Shown: positions 1 through 13,341 of the stretch, piece after piece
Layout of the letters: the number at the start of each line of letters is the position of its first letter
Position numbering within the stretch: position 1 is the stretch's first letter
Source of the DNA: Vezdaea acicularis
Lineage: Eukaryota
NCBI GenBank assembly: GCA_026025075.1
Contig: JAPEUI010000063.1
Coordinates: 1-64,000, forward strand
Length of the DNA stretch: 64,000 bases
Direction of reading: 5' to 3'
Program-made: the position numbers and the translations under genes
Notes under the pieces: model-generated
Databases searched by the model: none
What the model was told of the DNA's origin: nothing
The model's input: the letters and a program-made list of their open reading frames with translations, nothing else

Positions 1-1157
1 CGTACAAACTCAACTACAGCCTGGGATGATTGACAATCCCAAATACCTATTTTGGCCTGTGAGCATGCGAGAAACCACTGACGAAGTTGTATTTTGCAGC
101 ATGCTTACCATCACAAGCAACAACAATAAATTCATCATCGTCGGAGATTTCGTGTGTAGTGACATCTGGATAGGCAGTGACGATCTGAGCCTCCGGGGTA
201 AGGTCGGCACTCTTTTTAAACTCAAAATCGCCAATAGCTCGGGAGAGGGCTAGGTTGCCGTTCACCCGGCCGAACTCGACGAAACCGCCGGCGGCGCAGA
301 TACGTGCTTTCTCCCCTAGATTTGAACTGTAAGCTTTACGTGACGGTCTGATAATGAGGGGAAAGGCTACCGTCATTAGAAGGCTTGTGATCAAATGAAA
401 GGGGTTTTGCTCGTCCCTTGACGCCCAAGACGGTCCTCGAGTCACCAGCATTGCCCTGAGGGATTTAGCAGGGGTCTCTTGCAATCAATATGATAGCCTT
501 ACCACATAGATGTGAGTTTTCGATACAATGGCCACGGAAGCTGTACACCCCGATACCTCATCTTCGTACTTCGGATCTGCACTATGTTTAGCTTCACGGT
601 CTGATCCGCCCCACACGTGCAACTCTACCGTTAAGGATAGCTCTATCAGCAGCCAAAAACCCATCCTTCAAGGCCTGTTCGATGTTTCCCTTATCAAACG
701 CATCCTGTTTCGCGATAATCTTGTGTATGTTCTCTCCTGCAAACAGAGCAACCTTGTCGCCACCGTGACCGTCATAGACACCAAAGAAACTTAGTCTCTT
801 TTCAGGTGGAGCGGACTTTATCTTTGACAAGTCGTCCACATTTTGAAGATCCAAAACGGCAGCATGTGCATCTTCCATACTTATTCGCCATCCTTGCATA
901 CACGAAAATCCGTAGTAAAGGCGCTCATCTTCGCCCTTGCCTGAGGTCTTGATTGGCAAGAGGTTAGCATTCTAGAGCCCGTGAAAAGGGAAGATTTGCG
1001 AAATCTGCTGCAAAATATAAGGTCTGAACTTCTGTATCGGACAATAAAAAGGAGCCCTGTGACTTGGCTACTGCTCTTCAGACATAAATGACGAGTGGCA
1101 TCAGTGAAAAATATTGCACACCTTCTCGGTCGCCGGTTCAGATAATGTCTGACCCAT
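1..1157 (-). CDS. PTC2: Protein phosphatase 2C (Ptc2/Ptc3 type), multi-exon, 3' end runs off the window
   Basis: Exon 1 [12 protein letters not shown] (ATG 1157); motifs [54 protein letters not shown] in successive exons. Confidence 0.93.
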
Positions 1158-2116
1158 CCTCGCAGCTGATCCACCCTGTAAGAAGGGGTACTGTTACCGA
1201 GATAGCTGTACCAAGGTTGAAGCTAGCATAGGCTATATCTTCTGTTTCAAGGGGTCTTTTCGGTGGGGGTTGACCCTGAGATATCTTCAGAAGTGTTGAT
1301 CTAGAGTATGGCGGGGTCTGAATTGACCGCAAGCGGGCAGCGCAGGTACCGTAGACTTAAGAGTGTATTGATTGAATATTTATTATACGCTCACAGCATA
1401 CAGGAAAGCGGGTAACGAGGGCCTGATCGGCGCAGGTCAGTGGATATTAAGCTCTTCTTGTCGCGTGAGCAGAGGAATGGAAGAGGCAAGGTATGACGAG
1501 AAGGCAGACGACACGGATCCTAAGTTTTCGACCCACGACGAGCCAATTCGGTCAAAGGCAGCCACACCGCGACCACCGCCTTTCATAGCCTGCTTACAGA
1601 GAAGCGAATGGCGCTAGCAAAAATCACGAAACAGTTTTCTCTTCTAAACCAGGGCGCTCATGAGTCCGAGGCAGATTGGCCACTATTGAATGTATGATCA
1701 ATTACCTACACTTTGGGTCATGATGAAGCGGGCAACGATAAGCGATGGCCGCGTTTTGCGGCCTGAGAAGATCTGAAACCCTGCCTCTCGATGGTTTAAG
1801 CCTTCCCAGGATGAGGTGCTGTGGCTGTGCAAGGCTACAAGGCCTGCCCAAGGTTGCACTTCGACAGCCTTTTGCCTATCGCGATTAGATGGTTTTGATA
1901 TTTCAATGTCAATTTCTTTGTATACCGGTGATAGCGTTGGGTGTCCTACTAATGGGGCAACTCAGGGCGTCTGGCAGAGGGAGATCATTCTAAGGTCATG
2001 CGTCCACTCGACAGGGGGATATCGATGGCTTACGATCTGATTATGCTTGATAAATCACTGATTAATACTGGATTGCCTATCTACTTTAGTCTGAAACGCC
2101 GCATAAAATACACTTT

Positions 2117-5110
2117 TCACAAAAAAGCGCTTGCACCAGATTCTTGCTCTGTTTCTCCTGCAGACGCACCTTCGCGCATCGCCCTTTGACTCAAGCTCTT
2201 TCCAAGCGTACTGTTACGCATAGCGTCACTAACAGGTCTCTTACTCATCACGCTCTGCCTTTCTGGCATCTCAGAACTTGGCCTGTAGACTCGAAGTTGT
2301 GGAGTTGCTCCACGAAAGTTTTGCACTGCCCTTGCCACCTCAAAACAAACCTCTTCGCTATGATCATAACGGAGGGAGCCCCTATCACTGTTGACACTTT
2401 CATGGGAATTATCCTTTCTGTATAACGATGGCCTTGTCTCCCAAGACTGCTCGCCACCACCACGTTCTACTTGCTCTAGTCTCTCCGTACTAAACAGATC
2501 CGATTGAGCCGAACTAGCAGCTGATTGAAACCGAGAACTGCTGAGGCCTTTTTGGCTAAGTCGCTGGGAAATACTCCTTCTAAGCCTCTGGAACGCGGAG
2601 GGTTGGTGGGGACTTGGGTCGTGACTGATGCTTCGCTTTGTGGATGCTGCAGTTGCGTTATCTGAGAATCCTTCTAGAGCTTCCTCTAGGAGGACATCAA
2701 CATCTACTGTTTCTCTTGAGACCCCAGAAGGCCCGGAGATGCTCGAATCTCTTTTCCAGCTTTGTTGATTCCGAGTTGCTGGTGAGTAATTTGATGTGGA
2801 CTGGAAGAAAGGCGACTCTCCCCCCGCCCTCTTTCGCAGATAGGTACTAAAGCTCCCAGTGGAAAGTCGATCTGATTTGCGCACCTCACGGATAGTTGGA
2901 CGCAGGCTTCTCGTGTACTGGCTCGGAAACGCATTCGACAAGAGTGAGTAGCTCATTTGAAGTGCCCTCTCACCTTCCTGGGCATCCTCAGACGTGCCGC
3001 TGAAGGTGCTGGCTCCGCTTCGTCCACTGGCTCGCGGTTCACTAAAAGTATTGGCATTACTGCCCGTTCTTCTGGATATTGTTTTCCAACTTGGCCGCGA
3101 GAACATTACGCCGAATTCAGAGCTCGACTGGCTTACGCCACCAGATCCATGGCCCATTCCTCTGCCTCTTGTTCGGCCATCAAATATCCTGCTTGGAACT
3201 GCGATGTGGGGAGGCTGTCTTCTTAAGCCGTGCACGTTTGAGAATCTTTCTGGTGAGCTTTCGCGTTGTTCTCTGGATTTATCCGTTGTGCCGGTGGGCT
3301 CAATAGGTGACTTCAGCGAATAGTTTGGCATTTTGCTCAACTTCCCAGGCTCTTCTCCCCGTGGCGATATACTAAATTCACTGCCTTGTGTCCTAGGATT
3401 ACCAGATCCGTCGACGTACACATCGTTCGTTCGCCCGTACTTCTTCCTCCTCAAATTGGTACTTGAAGCCCATATATCCTTCGCCTTTCGTGCCACAAGA
3501 CTCCGCTGGGACCTATTAGCGTCATCTTCTGGTTCCTTCTCAAACGCAGGCCAGTTGATCAGGTTGCTATTGATTGGTCTTGAAATCTCTTTGCGGATGG
3601 AGGTTGCTGGCCGTGAGCTCGCCTTTTGTTTGCGCCGTGCGCAAAGGATAATACTCACTAGAGCAACTGTAAGAATTAACAAAGGGACTAAGACAGCTGG
3701 AAGGACTGTAGATTTGTTGTTCCCGGCACCCTGAGCATTCACGTTAGAGCTGGTTTGGGCACTGCCTGTTGGTGACAAAGTGCTTGTAGCTCCTGAGTGA
3801 GCGCTTGAACCAGCAACTCGTACATCACCCTTGATTATCTCAATCTTGAAAATTTGAAAATCCGAGAATCCAGAGCTGATAGCCGTGAGGTTTATGCTAA
3901 TCTGTGAGGTTGGTATGTTATCAGGAACATTCCCAGAAAGCTCTAGGGCTGATGGATCGACGTGGAGCCATGGAGTCTCGGGGGTCTCCGTCACTGATAC
4001 TATTGTACTAGGGTCGGACAAAACACCTCGCCCGATCTTGCAATCAAAGGGCTGCCCAAGGGTGGCGTTGATGTCGTTTACAGTCCTCAAGAAAAGTGTC
4101 GACTGTAGATTGAGCTGAATCGTCACGTTTGCGGTGTCTTCAAATACGTCAAAGGCGGAAACAGTTACATTAGTGGAGTTGACATCTTTTGGGGGTGTTC
4201 CAGACAGCAACAGAGAAACAGAATCGAATTGAAGCCAACTCGGTGTTTGAGCGGTGGCGGACTTTATGTCTGAGTCCTTGATGGGTCGCCCATCCAGGGT
4301 CAGATTGCTCTTTAGCCAGTCTATGGTGATGTTTTGTCCCCTTGATATATTTAGACTTTGATATACCGACTTGAATGATAGTTCGTGAGTGCCCACTATC
4401 AGATTGAAATTGATGGCAGATCCCGAGAACCCCTCGATGTCGGACGCAATCAGTTGCAGACCAAAGGTTTGAGGTGGTACGACTAGTGATGATAGTGAGG
4501 GAGTTATGCCAGAGAATTTCAGGTTGGTCGAGTCGAACTTGACCCAGGAGGGAAGCGGTGTACCGTCTGATGAACTCGCATAGTATTGAAGACTTTTGGC
4601 AGCGCTGCTGAACGTATTTTGTGCAAATGATAGAACAAATGGAGAAGAGGGATACGTCAGGTAGCCATCGGACCCAGATTTTGCATTGGAAGATAGCGTT
4701 TGATCCTCTATAGGGACAACAACTTGCGGAGCATGATCCGAAGATATGATAAAGGTTACGTTTGATGCTGCCGTACCATTTGGGTCTGTTGCAGTGAGAC
4801 TAAAGCTGACGGGCCCAACATCTCCAGGTCCTGGGGTACCAGAGAAAGTTCTCGTCCTCCCATCGAGAGCTAGCCAATGGGGATTATTGACAAGCGCATA
4901 CGAGAGGTTGGACGCTGGTGATGTGAAAGTAGATTGAGAGAAGACAAAGTTGAATGGCTGTGAAACGCGCGCTATTGGCGGAACTTGGGAGTTGATAGGA
5001 AATGCGATTTCTGGGGCTGCGCTGGCCACTGCGGTTAGTGTAAAGATAATGAGTGTGTTCAGGACGGCGAGGCCTGACTGAATGTCAAAACCGCTCAAAC
5101 AGAAGGTCAT
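2117..5110 (-). CDS. AXL2: Axl2/Bud10 polarity protein: signal peptide, cadherin-like/Ig repeats, one TM helix, Ser/Arg-rich tail
   Basis: Single ~1000-aa ORF; FPINSQVPPIARVSQPFNF, repeated LPSWxxFD..L.FSGTP units, TM VLPAVLVPLLILTVALVSIILC followed by RRKQK; first ATG at 5110. Confidence 0.9.
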   Translation of the reverse strand: MTFCLSGFDIQSGLAVLNTLIIFTLTAVASAAPEIAFPINSQVPPIARVSQPFNFVFSQSTFTSPASNLSYALVNNPHWLALDGRTRTFSGTPGPGDVGPVSFSLTATDPNGTAASNVTFIISSDHAPQVVVPIEDQTLSSNAKSGSDGYLTYPSSPFVLSFAQNTFSSAAKSLQYYASSSDGTPLPSWVKFDSTNLKFSGITPSLSSLVVPPQTFGLQLIASDIEGFSGSAINFNLIVGTHELSFKSVYQSLNISRGQNITIDWLKSNLTLDGRPIKDSDIKSATAQTPSWLQFDSVSLLLSGTPPKDVNSTNVTVSAFDVFEDTANVTIQLNLQSTLFLRTVNDINATLGQPFDCKIGRGVLSDPSTIVSVTETPETPWLHVDPSALELSGNVPDNIPTSQISINLTAISSGFSDFQIFKIEIIKGDVRVAGSSAHSGATSTLSPTGSAQTSSNVNAQGAGNNKSTVLPAVLVPLLILTVALVSIILCARRKQKASSRPATSIRKEISRPINSNLINWPAFEKEPEDDANRSQRSLVARKAKDIWASSTNLRRKKYGRTNDVYVDGSGNPRTQGSEFSISPRGEEPGKLSKMPNYSLKSPIEPTGTTDKSREQRESSPERFSNVHGLRRQPPHIAVPSRIFDGRTRGRGMGHGSGGVSQSSSEFGVMFSRPSWKTISRRTGSNANTFSEPRASGRSGASTFSGTSEDAQEGERALQMSYSLLSNAFPSQYTRSLRPTIREVRKSDRLSTGSFSTYLRKRAGGESPFFQSTSNYSPATRNQQSWKRDSSISGPSGVSRETVDVDVLLEEALEGFSDNATAASTKRSISHDPSPHQPSAFQRLRRSISQRLSQKGLSSSRFQSAASSAQSDLFSTERLEQVERGGGEQSWETRPSLYRKDNSHESVNSDRGSLRYDHSEEVCFEVARAVQNFRGATPQLRVYRPSSEMPERQSVMSKRPVSDAMRNSTLGKSLSQRAMREGASAGETEQESGASAFL

Positions 5111-6248
5111 TTTAGACCCAAAATGGACCAAAAGAACTCAAATAAGGAAAGAATAGGTAAATGAGTGCGATGCTGATAGAATGACATGAAGGACAAGAAG
5201 TTGAAGCAAAACAGAAAGTCGCGTCTCATCCATGGAGCGCGTTCAGCGCCCCCCTGCTTCGTAGAATACATAGAACAAGAGTCTTTACATGATACTAAAC
5301 CATGTACGAACTGTTTCTAGCTGATCAATGACATTAGTCTCGAAAGAGGTTCTTCAGAGGGTGCTGAGGAATGACGACTGTAAGGGACCCGAGGAAGGGG
5401 GTTCGGTCCTGGCGAGAGCCCCTTAGAAGGCATCGCGCACTGCGGAAAAAAGCAGAACTAACTCTAAATGCGACCTATATGAAGAAAGAATAGTCATTTG
5501 GTCCAGCAATAAAGATAGGTCAGGTCTGTCTTGTGTATATTGCAAGAGAAAACTCGCTAGTACCAAGACGCAGCGCAAGAGCGTAGCGCAAAGTAGCAGC
5601 ACGAATGATTAGTTCGTGACGAACAACGTTATACGGACGTCGTCGCACGCCTCTCGATTAATCGTAAGCCCAGCGTATGACGCGGTCAAAAAATCATAAA
5701 GTCATCAAAGTTGCTACATTGCAAACTTTTGTTGTCTGTGTTCTGGGATGGAGGTTCGCGAGCTGTGGGTCTTGATGGAAATTGACAGACACGGTATAGC
5801 GCCGAGTGGAGCTTGTATATCAATTCCACGTACGTTGTTTCAGTGTCAGGTTGAGGTTCAATGCACCTAGAAACAAAGGATCAAGCTTGGATATAGGAGT
5901 TGTCGCAAACTCCGTGTGAGCAGCAATAATGATTAAGGTATATTGCAAAATAGGCGTTACACGCATGATACATGAGATCGCTCTGATCGTACATGTACCA
6001 CGTCAAAAGCATGACGCCAGGAGAGAAGAAGCTCTTTGAATAGTAAACTCCATTATCCCCCGAATATTGACATAGAATGAAGAGAGAGATGAGAGGAATG
6101 AAAGCCCTTTTGTGACCACCAAACATAAATCCCATTTCTTCGTGACTCGAACTCAAAACGCCCGTCCACTATGCACGCTAATCGGAAGCATAATAAGCCA
6201 AAAATAGATAGGAATGCCGCAAAAGCCTTTCAGTGGGTGCTCCACAAT

Positions 6249-8729
6249 TCACAACCTCAATGCCCCAAAGCCACTCACATCACTTCGCCTACCCTTTGAC
6301 CTGGACCTCAACTCCCTACCTCCGCCAGGTACCTCAAACCCAGCCATGCCCATTCTCACAGGTTCTTCCCAGACGGTCGATACTGAGGGTGCAGGCGAAG
6401 CCATGGGCGTCGAGGTCACGGAGCTATCATCCAGCGTAAAGCCTCGCAATGGCGTTGATGGCACGACCAGTGGGGGCTCATCAAGTTGGGGGGCCGAAAG
6501 TAGTTGATCTTGTGCCGCAAACGTTTGCAAAGCTGGTGATGTTCTTATGATTTGAGGGCCAGATGCTTCTCTCTCGGTGAAGGTGCGGTATATACAGTTT
6601 ACTGCCATAGCAGTAAGGAAAAGATTCCCCCCGAGGTCAAGAAGCTCCAAGAAAACCGGAGCCGAGAGAAAGAGCGTTAGGCCAGCCAGAAGTAGAGTGG
6701 GGAGCAGCTCGACGCCGTTCTCTGGGGTGTATGCCCTACCACCCAGAATGATATATCCGATGATTAGAACAGTGCTTGTGAGGCGGAGAGGTGTGCCAAG
6801 ACTGGGATACCAGCGCACGGAGAGCCAGATCGCCGAAGCAGCCAGGTGTACTAACAACCCAGCAGCGCTGTACCAAAACCTAGAAATACCTATGATGATT
6901 TGCGAAGGTTGCTCAGACGTAGTATCCTGGCTACCGCCTATCTCAGGAGGTTCTTCGCCGAGAGAAAAGGCTACATTAAAGAGACCTTCGAGTCCCGTGT
7001 CCTGACCTTCCTTGGAAGACGGATAAAAGTGCTCCTGACCTAGCAGTAGGTGGTTCTGCTGCCTCGGTTGCTGGTCGAAGGAGCCGTTGAGAGTGTCCAT
7101 GAAAGAAGATGAGGTCTTTCTGATCTTTCCAAAGAAGTTGTTCCGTTTCTTTACCTCAGGCGCTGCCTGGGAACTTGGCTGGATAGCTCTGCGCATGTGC
7201 GGAAATTCGGGCTTTGGAGCGCGTGGGACGGTCGTTTGAAAGGGGTTTGATTCGATAGGCTTGAAAGGCAACGTGTGTGGCCGATTTAGGGATGCTTGTG
7301 GCGCGAATGATTCTTGGCTAGGCGTCCAGTCCATTGCGTTGTCATCATCGTAGTCGTCTGGCGGCGGTGTAGGAGGGTTGTAACCTGGCGTTGCGGGTTG
7401 CGGCTGGCGTGGAAGAGGCGCCAGCTGGTTGATCGGGAAAGAATGAGAGAGCGAGACTGCAGCGTCCACTTGAGACGCTGGCGGTGTCGGGTTTGCACGC
7501 TGTCTTGCATGAAGATTGCTAGGTAATTGCGAATCCTGGAAGCTCTCCCCGAAGGTCTGCCGGAAATTCACCTGTGTGTGATCTATTCTTACAAGCCTGA
7601 GCGAAAATATCGTCGACTGCCAACCGTTAGTACTCACTCCCTGATAAATATAGAGATGAGGGTGTTCCTGGACATACCAGTGTTATGAACGCAATCATGA
7701 AGATGTGGACTCCCCTAGTTGCCTCTAAGCTAAGGCCGAGGGTCGGACTTCGTAACAGCTGCAATACTGCAAACCGGGCTCCAAGAACCACAGCCTGAAC
7801 TTTGTAGTAATCAGCCAGACCAACCATTCTCCCTCCATAGCCAAGGCCGTTCACTTTGTCGGCCAATTTGTTGTTCCACCAGATAGAGACTAGACTTAGA
7901 AGGAGGGATCGTGTCGCAAGGGGACTGACGGCAGAGACGCAGCCTGAGTTGACACTGAAGGACTGCGTGATCTCTCTCAAACAGGCAAGTATATTTGTAT
8001 CTGCGGCGCGCGCTCCCAAGATCTCTTCGTTTTCGGATTGCGGAAACGCCCCAATAAAGTTCCATAGCAGCTGCGTCACGAGGCCCATCCACCAGGCAAA
8101 GGCGCCGACTAGGAGCACTACCTGCCGCCAATCCCATCCAGTCGATCTTCTTCGAGTGTTTCCTCCCTTGGTCCGCTGAATCATCCGTCTGAGATGGTCC
8201 GTCTTGGCAGCATAGCCGGTCTGAAGTAATCTCTGTCGAACTATCGGCTCACAGTCTGCGCACATGGGTGGATACTGCTCCTCCAGTCGCCGCCGATATG
8301 CGGGGTATTGTACCTCATACTCGTGGTATCTAGGGTCTGTTGGTGGCGGTAGATATGAGGCGAGAGCTTGGTTGACAAGGTTGTGGTTCTTCAAGCAGGT
8401 GGTACAGAACAGTGGCCCATCGGGTGAAGGCATCACCGGAGAAGTAGACCGCGGTATCGCGTGAGCATACTTGACTGGCTGCGACTTGCGCACCTGAGGC
8501 GATGCCGGGACATCTGCAATCTCTCCATTCTGTAGAAAGCAGTTAGCTCAGCGCGTGCCGAAGGAGGCAGAGCTCAAAGGCAAGCAGCAGATTCACGTAC
8601 CTCGTCCAAAAAATTCATGGAGTCGCAATTGTCGCATTTCCATTGCCGTATCGAACCGTCTTGCTTCCGTGGAGACTTCGTGCCGCAGCCAAAGCAGACC
8701 AGCTGCTTGCCAAAAACCGAATATACCAT
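6249..8729 (-). CDS. IMA1: Inner nuclear membrane protein Ima1 (N-terminal Cys4 zinc fingers, multi-TM)
   Basis: Exon 1 read by eye MVYSVFGKQLVCFGCGTKS...WKCDNCDSMNFLDE; exon 2 LFCTTCLKNH...LEEQYPPMCADCEP, GYAAKTDHLRR; later MDWTP motif and TM segments. Confidence 0.88.
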
Positions 8730-9096
8730 GTTGATGTTGGGGACAGGTCAAAGAAATATGCCAGAAGGGAATTCTGTTGTGCTGGCAGAAAAAGTCGGGG
8801 AAGCTTGCCGAATGTCTCTCCGCCCGCGCTCAACGCGCTAAAACCACGAGATCCAATCGAAACGACGAATGATAGTTCTATCGATAAACACAGAAACATC
8901 CTGTCTATGGGCAACAGAACCTCCCAATCGGTTTGCCATCGAACTTCTAGAGTATCTCATAATTGAAATGAACCAATAAAATACCGGAAAGTCTCACTTG
9001 ATGCCAAGGCGTCCCCCTGTGCCGATCCCCGGGTTTAGAAACGTAATCGTGTGGAACCGGAGACTTTCCCCCCTGCGTGTTACGAGCCTCAAGGGA

Positions 9097-10443
9097 TGCC
9101 ACACGAGAGCTTCAGCTCGCGGCGCGGGTACAGAAGTCAAGATGTGCAGATAGCAGAGCCGTACACTTCCCACCAACCCGACATGCCAGGCCAGCAATGG
9201 CCTCAGGGCCGCAAGGAGTCAGATCCGGGCAAGCCCCCGAGCACGTCGCATTCGAGCACGAGCTTCGGCCAGAGTAGCTCCGTGGCTGGGTCGTCGAGCG
9301 CGGCGGTCCCGACGCTGATCTCGAATTCGGGGAATCAGAGCCCGCAATTGATATTCCAGCATATTCACGAGACGGCGTCGAAGAGGATATCTACTCTTGA
9401 CTATCTCCGCAAAGCGTACGTCCACCCCTTTTTATTCGTGCCTTCATACCCCCCCTTCCTTTCTCTCATCCGTACTTCCCCCCTTTCAGAAGTGCCCCCC
9501 CTGTTTTTTCTATGCAAGCCTAGCCTTTTGTCCCTTCTCTTTCTTTCTTCAGAAGCCCCACCTATATCACCATTCCTCTCCTTCCTTCCCTACACTCCAC
9601 TAATACCTTCCCCCCTCTTCCAGACAAGAAGGACACCTCTACTACTTCAACACGCTCCTCCTCACGCGCTCCCACCTCTCCTCCCACCCCTCCCACGCCC
9701 CCCGCCCCCTCGCCCGCCGCGCAACCCACTACCTCCTCCTCGGCCTCTCCCTCCCACCCATAACCGACCTCCCCGCATCCTCCCCCCTCGAACACCTCCG
9801 CGCCCTACACGCCCTCCTCTCCGAATTCGAGTCCTACCAAAACATCCACCCCGCCGACGGCACCTCCTCCTCCCTCTCCCGCGCCCGCCTCCCCCAGATG
9901 TTCAAACGCGCCGCCCACTCCTCCTCAACGGCCAAATCCCTCGGCATGGGTTCCGTTGGCCGCCGCACCTCCTCCGCCACCGAAATCGGCCTGCCGATCC
10001 CCACCTCCAGCACCAGCGGCAGCACCAACGACACCACCATCTCAAACCCCACAACCCACTCTTCCTCCTCCCTCCTCTCCTCACCTCCCCCCTCTTCCAC
10101 TCCGCCCCCCACCGCCTTCCCAGCCTCCGAGCAAGAGCTGCTCCCGGGCGAAGAATACCTCCATCTCCTCACGCCCAGCCTCCCCTTCGAACCGGACTAC
10201 TACGAGGTCTTCGCCACCCTCTGCGACGTCCTCATCGACGCCTACCAGAAGATCCTAGCCCTCGCCAACAGTCCCACCGCCTGTGCCGCTGGCGGCGTCG
10301 GCGAGCTGTTCACAAAGTGCGATGCGAAAGTGCGCAAACTGGTTGTTGGGGGCGTGGTTAAGGAGTTGGAGGAGGTGGGGAGGGGGGGGGTTAGGGCTGA
10401 GGTGGGAGGGGTGGGGAAGGTTGTTTTGAGTGGGTTGATGTAG
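9097..10443 (+). CDS. Conserved fungal protein of unknown function (2 exons; start codon uncertain)
   Basis: IFQHIHETASKRISTLDYLRKA|QEGHLYYFNT joined by intron 9416-9623; C-terminal YLHLLTPSLPFEPDYYEVFATLCDVLIDAY...FTKCDAKVRK. Confidence 0.75.
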
Positions 10444-10633
10444 GGGAGTTTTCCTTGAGGTAAGTGGTATAGGCGCGGGCATTTGGGAGGGTTGGGGTTT
10501 GCAGTATGGGTCGGTTGTCACGTCATAATATCTTCTGCAATATAAACCGCTGTATCTAGCAAAGAACAATGAACCTTACCCCACCTCGCCTCACAGTAGG
10601 GAAGAACACAATACCACCCCCTCTGTCACCCCT

Positions 10634-12886
10634 TCAATCCCAATCACACGACTTGCCCTCGCCTCCACTGAAAAGTTTCCCCACTGCCAGCACAAGACTG
10701 ACGGCCAACACCGCGACGCCAAACACTACACACGCGACGGCCGGAAGCCACCTCCACGAGCGCGAGCTGAGCCTAAGATAACAGAGCGGGGGTAGAATAT
10801 ACGCGAGGGCACACGCGCTGGTGGCGCCAATAAGCTCAAAGACGGCGCCCAGATCACATAACATCAAACTAAGCGCGACCGCCGCGACAACCAGAGAGGT
10901 CGTCAACCAAAAATGTCTTTTCGTATCAAAGGCTTGATGGGGGAAGAAATAGAGCGTCAAGACTTCGCGGCAGACGAAGCATTCGAGGGGGAGGGTGGAG
11001 AGCATGTTGAGGCCGAAGGCGAGGCGGGCGAGGTTGACGAGGGGGTTGGAGGGAGGGAAGTTGTTGAGGACGTTGCCGGCGGTTTTGGAGCCGAAGGCGA
11101 GGAAGCCGGCGAGGGCCATGGTCAGGCAGGCTATCATGGAGATGCTGGTGCTGTAGTGCGTGACGAGGGCGAAGCGGTCGAGGGTGGGTTTTTTGAGGGA
11201 GCCGTAGATTAGGAGGGAGTTGTGGTCTTTTGGGGGGGTTTGTGTTAGTTCTGAGGGGAGGGGAGGGGGGAGGAAGCGGGAGGGGGGGGCGTTGGGACGC
11301 ACGGCAGACAAATGCAAATGATATAACGCCGATAGCCTGGAATACCCCATTATTGATCGTCAACAGAGGCGTCGAAAAGTTCCCCCTCAGCTCCGCGGGG
11401 ACGCGAAACCCCTGCGTGATGACCGCCACGATAATAACGAGCATGCTGATAAGCGCCAACGCAGATGCCTTTGCTAACTACAAAACCGTTCATCAGACCA
11501 ACAATTTAGGTGTGGGGGGAGGACACCCCTATATCTGCGTTGCGAAGAAGGGAGAAATGCATACCTTGGCAATATCGCGGTAGAGAGAGAGGGGATAAGA
11601 GATACCCATCACAAAAATGACGATGATAGCGCGGCGGTTGGTGAGTATCCAGAGCACGGAGCTGTCGTGCAGGGAGGGAAAGAGGGCCGACATGACGTGT
11701 GGGATGGTGTCGCCGATAATGATACAGAACGCCAACATGCCTCCAAATGCACTGTGAGATGCGTCAGCAATTCCCGACTCCACGCAGAGCTTCAACAGAC
11801 AAGTCTTACAATGCCCACTGCGCTATCTGACAACATGGCGTGTTAGCAAACGAGGCGTTTGGGGGTGGCAAAAGGGTTCGTACGGAAATCGCTATTAACC
11901 CGGGTCGCCCAAAACAATGTTCCACCGTTGCTTGGAAGGAGTTCGCGCCGCTGAGCTTCGAGTTCGTGACGATGAGCCGGATCGTCCAGTCGACCTATAC
12001 CTGTTATCAGCTGCGTGTACTTGGTTTCCAACCCTTCAAGAACCTCGTGGTATAGGTAAACCCACCGTGATCGTCAACCCGACAAGCAGCAGCACGCCGG
12101 TCAGTAGACCAGCTTGTCTAAACGCATACGGCTGTCCTGCTGTTGTCAGCCCCCAAGCTTCCATTCGCCGCACCTCTCCCAAGTGCTCCTCCCCCAGCTA
12201 CAGAGAAACAAACGTATAGACTACGTACCTATAATCCCAGCCCCACTATCCCCCCACAACACATTAGCATCCCATAATCTCAACTCCCCCTCCACCCACC
12301 CCAAAGAAAGGTGAAAAAGGCTCACCTACATAATACTATTCGCCATGTTCATGAACGCACTCCTCATGCCGCTCTTCGCGCCCTCCCTCCCCACCTCCCC
12401 CCCAAATACGCCCCTCCCCTCTCCCGCCCTCGCAACAGTCACACTCGGCGCCTCCATATCCGTCAAAAGGGGAACCCTCCCACCATCCGCGCGCGAGCCC
12501 GCCGCATGCACGCTCAGAAAATCCTCTTCTTCGGTCCATGCTGCTCCACCACCACCACTGCTGCCACGGCGCGCGTATCTGGCGCTAGAGAGTGGCCGCC
12601 CGGTTGCAGCGCGCGAGTCATCGAGAGAGAACTGGTGCTCGCGGGAACCACCACCATGGCCGCTTGAAGACGGGGCTGTGCGCGGAGGAGCGGGGGAGGG
12701 CGGAGAGGGCTTTGCGGAGGAGGCAGTGGGCGTGTGGGCGAGGTGGGAGGTTATGTCTAGGTCGGAGGCGGAGGAGGTGGAGGAGGGGGTGGAGATTAGG
12801 GAGGCGGCGTCGTTGGCTTCGTCGTCGTCGGAGAGAGGGTGGGGGTGGGACCCGGCCTGGGGGACGGGTTGGAAAGATTGGGCCAT
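10634..12886 (-). CDS. AVT2: Vacuolar amino acid transporter (Aa_trans family, Avt2-like), multi-exon
   Basis: KSGMRSAFMNMANSI, AFGGMLAFCIIIGDTIPHV, SYPLSLYRDIAK, AIGVISFAFVC|HHNSLLIYGSL, TLPLECFVCRE, LIGATSA. Confidence 0.88.
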
Positions 12887-13341
12887 TGCATCGTCGCTGC
12901 GGGGGCTGGTACTTTGCTGTGCAGGGCGGAAGCTCAACAGGACGGTGAAGGGTTTGGAGGTCCCGGAGGTTTAGAGGTCCGGGGAAATTCTTTCGGGCTC
13001 GCTTAGCAGAGTGAAGTTTCCCCCATGGGATCAGTGAGACAGGATACTGGTAAACGCGGGGGTGGAGGACATTCAACACAATTGTGCTTCACAGCTCACG
13101 TCAAGTTGCAGAAAGTATGCGCGGCAGAAGGTGCAGACAATAAAGCTTGTCTTGATATCTCCGGCCCCCGCCAAACACACAAAGCAATAATGCCAAGCCA
13201 CAAGCCGCCCCTAGATGCACACATTTTCTCACAAGAGCTCAAATTACAATGGTATTTAATTAGGCCGACGCTCCCTCATCTCTGGGGGATCAGCGAAAGG
13301 CATGCAAAACCGCCCCAATCCATAAAACCAATCGTGGCGCC

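Noticed and set aside
1715..1781. Possible box C/D snoRNA (ATGATGA at 1720, CTGA at 1773, short GGGT/ACCC stem)
   Set aside because: Very short and no recognisable rRNA-complementary guide; could be chance
9051..10361. 436-aa Pro/Arg-rich ORF
   Set aside because: Read-through of a stop-free C-rich intron into the wrong frame of the real gene
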